This document shows positions 8,434-14,532 of a stretch of DNA of 14,532 nt, piece by piece. The DNA lies in the IMG/VR virus record IMGVR_UViG_2529293249_000005. One strand, written 5' to 3'. A program made the position numbers and the translations under genes. The stretch is from a virus (taxonomy: Duplodnaviria > Heunggongvirae > Uroviricota > Caudoviricetes). Each line of letters begins with the position of its first letter. Position 1 is the first letter of the stretch. The notes below the pieces were generated by a model. The model was not told the origin of the DNA. It worked only from the letters and a program-made list of their open reading frames with translations, and ran no database searches.

Positions 8434-8502
8434 CTGTGGATTGATCCAGTCTTTCTACATCAGGCCTCGAAGAATTCGCCGTTCTTCGGGGCTTTTTCTT
8501 TT
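8434..8502 (+). ncRNA. Putative oop-like antisense RNA ending inside the cII 3' end
   Basis: Plus-strand CATAAT at 8422..8427, then a 9-bp stem hairpin (8466..8490) followed by a T-run (8493..8502). That gives a ~70-nt transcript antisense to the cII 3' end, as for lambda oop. The 5' end is inferred. Confidence 0.35.
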
Positions 8503-8741
8503 GTCAGGTAATCGGCAAGCCGCTTAGTCAATTCAGCCATTTCATCGTCTTCGATTCCGTATTCCAGAACAGCAAGCATCATGCTTACCTGCGAGAAGAA
8601 ACCATTCTTCCATCGGCTTACCTGATATTCAGGAACCCCCATTGCTCGAGCGAATGTCTTCTGCCCCATCAGTGCCAGTTTGTTCAGCAAGGCCGACTCG
8701 ATGCGAGCCGCTTTCTTGCTTTTAGTTGCAATAGTACCCAT
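8460..8741 (-). CDS. cII: CII transcriptional activator (lysogeny establishment)
   Basis: 93-aa [33 protein letters not shown]...VSRWK...[17 protein letters not shown], clearly homologous to lambda CII ([16 protein letters not shown]...ISRWKR...LLAVLEWGVVDDDMARL). Coordinates taken from the ORF track. Confidence 0.85.
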   Translation of the reverse strand: MGTIATKSKKAARIESALLNKLALMGQKTFARAMGVPEYQVSRWKNGFFSQVSMMLAVLEYGIEDDEMAELTKRLADYLTKEKAPKNGEFFEA

Positions 8742-8750
8742 AGATAATTT
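8716..8750 (+). promoter_or_regulatory. Putative PRE with CII binding site (TTGC-N6-TTGC)
   Basis: Plus-strand TTGC (8716..8719), 6 nt, TTGC (8726..8729), overlapping the cII start, with a possible -10 (TAGATAAT) downstream. Points toward cI and antisense to cro, as in lambda. Confidence 0.5.
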
Positions 8751-8817
8751 CCTTAATGATTAGATAGAGTTGGCTTCGCAAAGAAACGCAAAACCATAGA
8801 GATTTGTTTCTGGTAAT

Positions 8818-8849
8818 GCCCTTTTTCAGGGCTGGGATGTGTAAGAGCG
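8818..8849 (-). promoter_or_regulatory. nutR (boxA and boxB)
   Basis: Minus strand between cro and cII reads CGCTCTTACACATCCCAGCCCTGAAAAAGGGC: boxA followed by the boxB hairpin GCCCTGAAAAAGGGC, as I recall lambda nutR. Confidence 0.8.
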
Positions 8850-8857
8850 GGAATGTC

Positions 8858-10210
<1,353 letters not shown>

Positions 10211-10259
10211 TCCCCACCTCAATCTCGATAACCAAAAACAAACTATTTTTCATTTAAAA

Positions 10260-10332
10260 ACAATGGAGTTTGTTTTTCACGCCCCTTTTTACAATATTTC
10301 TTGTTTACAACATACAATCTTTCTTGTAATTT
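10260..10332 (+). promoter_or_regulatory. 434-type left operators (three sites) with putative PL
   Basis: ACAA-N6-TTGT sites at 10260..10273, 10291..10304 and 10314..10327. Candidate PL -35 TTTACA (10304..10309) and -10 TAATTT (10327..10332) pointing toward N. Confidence 0.7.
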
Positions 10333-10372
10333 TAAGCCATCAGCAGGACGCACTGACCACCATGAAGGTGAG

Positions 10373-10402
10373 GCTCTTAAAAATTAAGCCCTGAAGAAGG
10401 GC
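10373..10402 (+). promoter_or_regulatory. nutL (boxA and boxB)
   Basis: GCTCTTAAAAATTAAGCCCTGAAGAAGGGC: boxA then the boxB hairpin GCCCTGAAGAAGGGC, as I recall lambda nutL. Confidence 0.8.
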
Positions 10403-10670
10403 AGCATTCAAAGCAGAAGGCTTTGGGGTGTGGTGAAGCCAGCTAGTCACTGGCAAGTGCTTACCTACTGTTGAGCGGTGAAGAGCTCCCAACGCTAGCA
10501 ATAGCGTGGACGAGATGGGGAGCCGCGGGCGATAAGGCCGCCATAACGCGCACGTTGTCGCATGGAAAAATCGCTGGGGTGCCGGTTATACCCCTCCGAA
10601 TGAGACTCAACAAGCTGGAGCTAGACTACCAGCCACCACACCACCAAAGCTAACTGACAGGAGAATCCAG

Positions 10671-10997
10671 ATGGATGCACAAGCACGCCGCCGCGAACGT
10701 CGCGCAGAGAAACAGGCTCAATGGAAAGCAGCAAATCCCCTGTTGGTTGGGGTAAGCGCAAAACCAGTTAACCGCCCTATTCTCTCGCTGAATCGCAAAC
10801 CGAAATCACGAGTAGAAAGCGCACTGAATCCGATAGACCTTACGGTGCTGGCTGAATACCACGAACAGATTGAAAGCAACCTGCAACGTATTGAGCGCAA
10901 GAATCAGCGCACATGGTACAGCAAGCCACGCAGTGAAATGGGTGTGACTTGTGTTGGTCGCCAGAAAATGAAATTAGGCAGCAAACCACTTATTTGA
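10671..10997 (+). CDS. N: Antiterminator N (lambda type)
   Basis: 108-aa ORF MDAQARRRERRAEKQAQWKAANPLLVGVSAKPVNRPILSLNRKPKSRVESALNPIDLTVLAEYHEQIESNLQRIERKNQRTWYSKP..., near-identical to lambda N as I recall it. AGGAGA precedes the ATG. Confidence 0.95.
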   Translation: MDAQARRRERRAEKQAQWKAANPLLVGVSAKPVNRPILSLNRKPKSRVESALNPIDLTVLAEYHEQIESNLQRIERKNQRTWYSKPRSEMGVTCVGRQKMKLGSKPLI

Positions 10998-11005
10998 GGT
11001 GATAT

Positions 11006-11257
11006 ATGGAATTTCATGAAAGTGCGATTTGTGATTTTCGCGCTAACGCAAATTCAGTAAAACCACAGCCAATTGCAGTTCTTTTTAAAACAATGGGGGC
11101 GTGGGCTGTTTTATGCTTCGCCGCTGACGACACTGACGCAAGAATGGCAATAGGCCAAGAGATGGAGATGGACCCGACAAACGATGAATTCATAATTTAT
11201 GGCGCTCCATCTAATTACTTACTTGATACCTGCAACATTTACAACAAGGCTGCCTGA
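11006..11257 (+). CDS. Hypothetical acidic protein (83 aa) immediately downstream of N
   Basis: ATG at 11006 lies 9 nt after the N stop, with GAGGTG 4 nt upstream. No recognisable family. Only the C-terminal NKAA resembles the end of lambda Ral, which I judge too weak to call. Confidence 0.55.
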   Translation: MEFHESAICDFRANANSVKPQPIAVLFKTMGAWAVLCFAADDTDARMAIGQEMEMDPTNDEFIIYGAPSNYLLDTCNIYNKAA

Positions 11258-11316
11258 TGGTGGCCTTTATTTTTTGGCCGTAAATAATTTCATGCTTATT
11301 ACAATCAAGGGGATAT

Positions 11317-11766
11317 ATGGAAGAACAAGCAAACAAGATTCTCGTAGAACTACTGCAAAAAGCCAGCAATGGAATAGACATGGCTGTTTCATTCAGCCAG
11401 GCGCAGATTCCTGATGTTGTTCATCAGTTGCTGCTATGGAATATGGTTGACAGTCTGATTAAAACATTAATAGCCATTCTAACAATCCCACTGGTTTTCT
11501 GGTTTATGAAGAAGCAGTGCCGAAGAGTTGAGACAGGTAAAATCGGTGATGAAGGATATTCATGGGAGAAGGGAAATCCCAAATACAGGCCGACAATGGT
11601 TTGGGATAGCAAAGGTGATATTAATCTTCTTATCATGCCATTAGTTGTAGTTTTGGCTCTGTGGGGGATTTTTATTATTAGTGCAGTAACCAATATGACA
11701 TGGTTAAAAATTTTGCTGGCTCCAAAGCTTTACCTTATCGAATATGCAGCATCATTGGTTAAGTAA
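11317..11766 (+). CDS. Membrane protein with two transmembrane helices (possible superinfection-exclusion protein)
   Basis: 149-aa ORF with AAGGGG before the ATG. Hydrophobic helices LIKTLIAILTIPLVFWFM and INLLIMPLVVVLALWGIFIISAVT. In the sieB/ral slot of the PL operon. The functional guess is from position only. Confidence 0.55.
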   Translation: MEEQANKILVELLQKASNGIDMAVSFSQAQIPDVVHQLLLWNMVDSLIKTLIAILTIPLVFWFMKKQCRRVETGKIGDEGYSWEKGNPKYRPTMVWDSKGDINLLIMPLVVVLALWGIFIISAVTNMTWLKILLAPKLYLIEYAASLVK

Positions 11767-11770
11767 TTTC

Positions 11771-11797
11771 AGGCCGCATAGTCGGCCTTTATTTTTG
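11771..11797 (+). terminator. Intrinsic terminator after the membrane-protein gene
   Basis: AGGCCG-catagt-CGGCCT hairpin (11771..11789) followed by TTTATTTTT. Confidence 0.6.
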
Positions 11798-11823
11798 GCA
11801 TAAACAACAGAATAAACACTGCA

Positions 11824-11855
11824 CTGTGTATTCATTCCAACGAGTGAATACACGG
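11824..11855. repeat. Perfect inverted repeat / strong hairpin between two terminators
   Basis: GTGTATTCA (11826..11834), 10-nt loop, TGAATACAC (11845..11853), extendable to an 11-bp stem with flanking bases. No T-run follows on the plus strand. Confidence 0.5.
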
Positions 11856-11915
11856 AGCAATGTCGCTCGTAACTAAACAGGAGACGACTTGTTCTGATTA
11901 TTGGAAATCTTCTTT

Positions 11916-11940
11916 GCCCTCCAGTGTGAGGGCCTTTTTA
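11916..11940 (+). terminator. Intrinsic terminator upstream of cIII
   Basis: GCCCTC-cagtgt-GAGGGC hairpin (11916..11933) followed by CTTTTT. Confidence 0.55.
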
Positions 11941-12005
11941 TATGCATACCAATAACGCTTCACTTGAGGCGTTTTCGTTATGCAATCAAACAGAAGGAGC
12001 ATCCT

Positions 12006-12176
12006 ATGCAACAGTTCGCTATTGCAGGGGCGGCATCGGTTCGCCCTTTCAACCCGATTTTATCGGTACAGCATTCACGAAAAAACATTTTAACCGGAGC
12101 AGACTTTAAACAACCAAGAATGAAAAGTTTGCTCGAAAAGCTTTGGGATATTTTGAAACAACAAGGCCGTCCATGA
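12006..12176 (+). CDS. cIII: CIII-like protein (FtsH/HflB inhibitor)
   Basis: 56-aa product MQQFAIAGAASVRP...PRMKSLLEKLWDILKQQGRP. Parallels lambda CIII at both ends (MQYAIAGWP... and ...LIDILNQPGVP). AAGGAG lies 6 nt upstream. Track ORF 11901..12176 is a longer read-through. Confidence 0.55.
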   Translation: MQQFAIAGAASVRPFNPILSVQHSRKNILTGADFKQPRMKSLLEKLWDILKQQGRP

Positions 12177-12331
12177 GTTTTACAGATAACTGGTCAGACG
12201 AAGAATTCATTCGTCAGATGAAAGATTTAATCGGTAACGAAGGAGATATTCATGTCACTTGCAACCACAGTGAAGGAGAGCAAGTTACAGAGACGCATGT
12301 ACACGCAGAAAGCTCTCTGGTATCGCCATAA
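12173..12331 (+). CDS. Small hypothetical protein (52 aa) in the kil position
   Basis: ATG at 12173 overlaps the cIII stop (ATGA). Product MSFTDNWSDEEFIRQMKDLIGNEGDIHVTCNHSEGEQ... No recognised family; kil analogy is from position only. Confidence 0.4.
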   Translation: MSFTDNWSDEEFIRQMKDLIGNEGDIHVTCNHSEGEQVTETHVHAESSLVSP

Positions 12332-12430
12332 TGGTGACCGCGAAGGAATGCGGGTATGCCTTAATTTGTCCCGAGTCGAAGTATTAAATCAGCGTTATTT
12401 CCTTGGGCCGTGTCCATTCTGAGGTGAATT

Positions 12431-13138
12431 ATGGATTTGAATAAATTCGATGAGCCATTCAGCCCTGAAGATATCGAATGGCGAATACAGCAAAGCGGTA
12501 AAACACGCGATGGCAAGGTGTGGGCTATGGTGCTGGCTTATGTCACGAACCGGGCAATCATGAAACGCCTTGACGATGTTTGTGGCAAAGCAGGATGGCG
12601 CAATGAATACCGCGATATTCCCAACAACGGCGGCGTTGAATGCGGCATATCAATCAAGATTGATTCCGAATGGGTAACCAAATGGGATGCTGCTGAAAAC
12701 ACGCAGGTAGAAGCCGTCAAAGGTGGTCGTTCCGGTGCAATGAAGCGCGCTGCTGTTCAGTGGGGAATCGGTCGGTATCTGTATAACCTTGAGGAAGGTT
12801 TCGCACAAACATCTCTCGATAAAAAGCAGGGATGGCACAGGGCAAAACTCAAGGATGGAACAGGATTTTACTGGCTCCCTCCATCGCTGCCGGGATGGGC
12901 AATCCCAGCATCAGATAACAAACCATCACCAGAAAATACCAACCAGAAATCTCCATCGGTTGACTGCGAGCAAATCCTGAAAGACTTCAGCGATTATGCG
13001 TCAACAGAAACTGACAAGAAAAAACTCATCGAGCGTTATCAGCGTGACTGGCAATTAATGGCTGGCAACGAGGAGGCGCAGGCTAAATGCGTTCAGGTAA
13101 TGAACATCAGAGTTAACGAACTAAAACAGGCGGCATAA
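12431..13138 (+). CDS. Rad52/22-family single-strand annealing protein (Sak-like recombinase)
   Basis: 235-aa ORF with ...VEAVKGGRSGAMKRAAVQWGIGRYLYNL..., which I recognise as the Rad52-type annealase core. GAGGTG before the ATG. Directly followed by ssb. Confidence 0.7.
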   Translation: MDLNKFDEPFSPEDIEWRIQQSGKTRDGKVWAMVLAYVTNRAIMKRLDDVCGKAGWRNEYRDIPNNGGVECGISIKIDSEWVTKWDAAENTQVEAVKGGRSGAMKRAAVQWGIGRYLYNLEEGFAQTSLDKKQGWHRAKLKDGTGFYWLPPSLPGWAIPASDNKPSPENTNQKSPSVDCEQILKDFSDYASTETDKKKLIERYQRDWQLMAGNEEAQAKCVQVMNIRVNELKQAA

Positions 13139-13600
13139 ATGGCAAGCAGAGGCGTAAATAAGGTGATTATCCTTGGTCGGGTAGGACAAGACCCGGAAGT
13201 TCGATACTCACCATCAGGTACAGCGTTCGCTAACCTGACAATAGCCACGTCAGAACAATGGCGAGATAAAAATACTGGCGAGCAAAAGGAATTGACTGAA
13301 TGGCATCGTGTTGCTGTATCCGGGAAACTGGCTGAGGTCGTGGGGCAGTATGTGAAAAAAGGTGATCAGATTTATTTCGAGGGAATGCTGAGAACCAGAA
13401 AGTGGAAAGACCAGTCAGGGCAAGACCGTTACACAACCGAGGTTCATGTCGGAATTAATGGCGTGATGCAAATGCTTGGCGGCATTGGCGACAGCAAACA
13501 ACAAGCAGCCAGCAGGCAATCACAGAAGCCACAGCAGCAATCATCACCAGCACAACACAACGAACATCCTATGAACTTCGACGATGAGATCCCATTTTAA
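13139..13600 (+). CDS. ssb: Single-stranded DNA-binding protein
   Basis: 153-aa [47 protein letters not shown]...TEWHRV..., an OB-fold SSB. Gln/Pro-rich tail ending in the acidic tip FDDEIPF. ATG directly abuts the annealase stop. Confidence 0.92.
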   Translation: MASRGVNKVIILGRVGQDPEVRYSPSGTAFANLTIATSEQWRDKNTGEQKELTEWHRVAVSGKLAEVVGQYVKKGDQIYFEGMLRTRKWKDQSGQDRYTTEVHVGINGVMQMLGGIGDSKQQAASRQSQKPQQQSSPAQHNEHPMNFDDEIPF

Positions 13601-13615
13601 TCATTGGGAGAAAAT

Positions 13616-14083
13616 ATGATCACTTGCAAAAAATGTGGAGAGAATAAACCACCTAATGGTTTTTATCCTAGAAATAAGGTGTGCAAGGAATGCACTAAAA
13701 AACGAGTAACTGAATATCAAAAAGGAATAGGAAAGCTAATACATAATAATGCTTGTAAAAAATATAACAAAAGCGAAAAGGGCAAGGTTGCATTAATCAA
13801 AGCAAGAGAGAACTATCTGGAATCTCATCGCCAAAGACAGCAAGCAAGATGGTCAGTCAAACGAGCAATTAAATCTGGTAAGTTATGTAGACCAACAACG
13901 TGTCAGAAATGCAACAGCAAATGCCACCCAGACGCTCACCACTGCGATTACAGTAAACCTCTTGAAGTGATGTGGCTATGCAAAGCATGTCATGTTGAAT
14001 GGCACAAGCACAACAAGCCAATATATCCAGACGAGGAACCAGTAACTCTCCCCTTCCCTCGTCACGCTATTCACGCAATTTAA
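13616..14083 (+). CDS. Zinc-ribbon / HNH-like nuclease
   Basis: Track ORF 13604..14083; start at ATG 13616 with GGGAG upstream. N-terminal CxxC...CxxC ribbon (CKKCGEN...CKEC). C-terminal His-Me finger-like motif CQKCNSKCHPDAHHCDYSKP...WLCKACHVEWH. Confidence 0.55.
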   Translation: MITCKKCGENKPPNGFYPRNKVCKECTKKRVTEYQKGIGKLIHNNACKKYNKSEKGKVALIKARENYLESHRQRQQARWSVKRAIKSGKLCRPTTCQKCNSKCHPDAHHCDYSKPLEVMWLCKACHVEWHKHNKPIYPDEEPVTLPFPRHAIHAI

Positions 14084-14096
14084 TCAGGAGAAAATC

Positions 14097-14393
14097 ATGC
14101 CAGCGCCTCTGTATGGTGCGGATGACGCGCGCCGCTGTTCCGGCAATTCCGTATCGGAGGTGCTGGATAAATTCAGGAAAAACTACGACCGGATAATGTC
14201 GCTACCGCAGGAAACGAAAGAGGAAAAGGAATTTCGCCATTGTATATGGCTTGCAGAGAAAGAAGAACGCGAGCGAATTTACCAGACATCAATCCGACCA
14301 TTCCGCAAAGCCACATATACCCACTTCCCTGAATATATCGACCCGCGCCTGCGTAATTACCGCTCACGTTATGGCGCTATCAGTAATGACTGA
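14097..14393 (+). CDS. Hypothetical protein (98 aa)
   Basis: ORF with AGGAG 7 nt upstream of the ATG. Charged, Arg/Glu-rich. No family recognised. Confidence 0.5.
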   Translation: MPAPLYGADDARRCSGNSVSEVLDKFRKNYDRIMSLPQETKEEKEFRHCIWLAEKEERERIYQTSIRPFRKATYTHFPEYIDPRLRNYRSRYGAISND

Positions 14394-14403
14394 GGAATTT
14401 ACC

Positions 14404-14532
14404 ATGAGAGGACTTGCATACAATCCCGGCATTCTTCCGGCAGAAATGATTATTCGCCAACGCGTAAAGCCAATGCCATCGAGAGAGGAATTGCTTAAGA
14501 GAAATTCTTTTCCTTCAGTGAATCAAAACAAA
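14404..14532 (+). CDS. Hypothetical protein, 5' part only; continues past the right edge of the window
   Basis: ATG at 14404 with GAGGAA upstream. Open frame [43 protein letters not shown] runs to the window end. Confidence 0.4.
   Translation, partial: MRGLAYNPGILPAEMIIRQRVKPMPSREELLKRNSFPSVNQNK

Noticed and set aside
10471-10653. 60-aa plus-strand ORF in the N leader
   Set aside because: It begins with TTG, not ATG, has no ribosome-binding site, and sits inside the PL leader between nutL and N. Treated as a chance frame in a GC-rich leader.
11199-11414. 71-aa plus-strand ORF overlapping the end of the 83-aa gene and the start of the membrane-protein gene
   Set aside because: Alternative frame spanning two better-supported genes and their intergenic promoter-like region, with no ribosome-binding site.

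Overview
This window is the early/regulatory half of a mosaic lambdoid prophage, read in reverse to the usual lambda map (late genes on the left, all on the minus strand). No database search was run; protein identities below come from my recollection of lambda and 434 sequences plus motifs read directly from the six-frame track. Left to right: endolysin R (partial) and holin S; an HNH-AP2 endonuclease sitting in the late-operon leader; a compact late promoter/terminator and a non-lambda Q antiterminator; a lambda-type nin block (ninI, ninH, ninG, ninF, NinX-like, ninE, ninB) preceded by two unknown small genes and a tR2-like terminator; a non-lambda replication module (O-like initiator with internal iteron origin, plus a toprim primase fused to a DnaB-family helicase); cII; a phage-434 immunity region (cro, OR1-3, cI); an exported-protein gene coupled to cI; OL/PL, nutL and a lambda-type N; a two-gene accessory cassette; cIII-like; and a Rad52-type annealase, SSB and a second HNH protein. 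No tRNA, rRNA, CRISPR array or transposon was seen. The best candidates for undescribed function are the lysogen-expressed exported protein in the rex slot (9806..10210) and the soluble-plus-membrane pair downstream of N (11006..11766).
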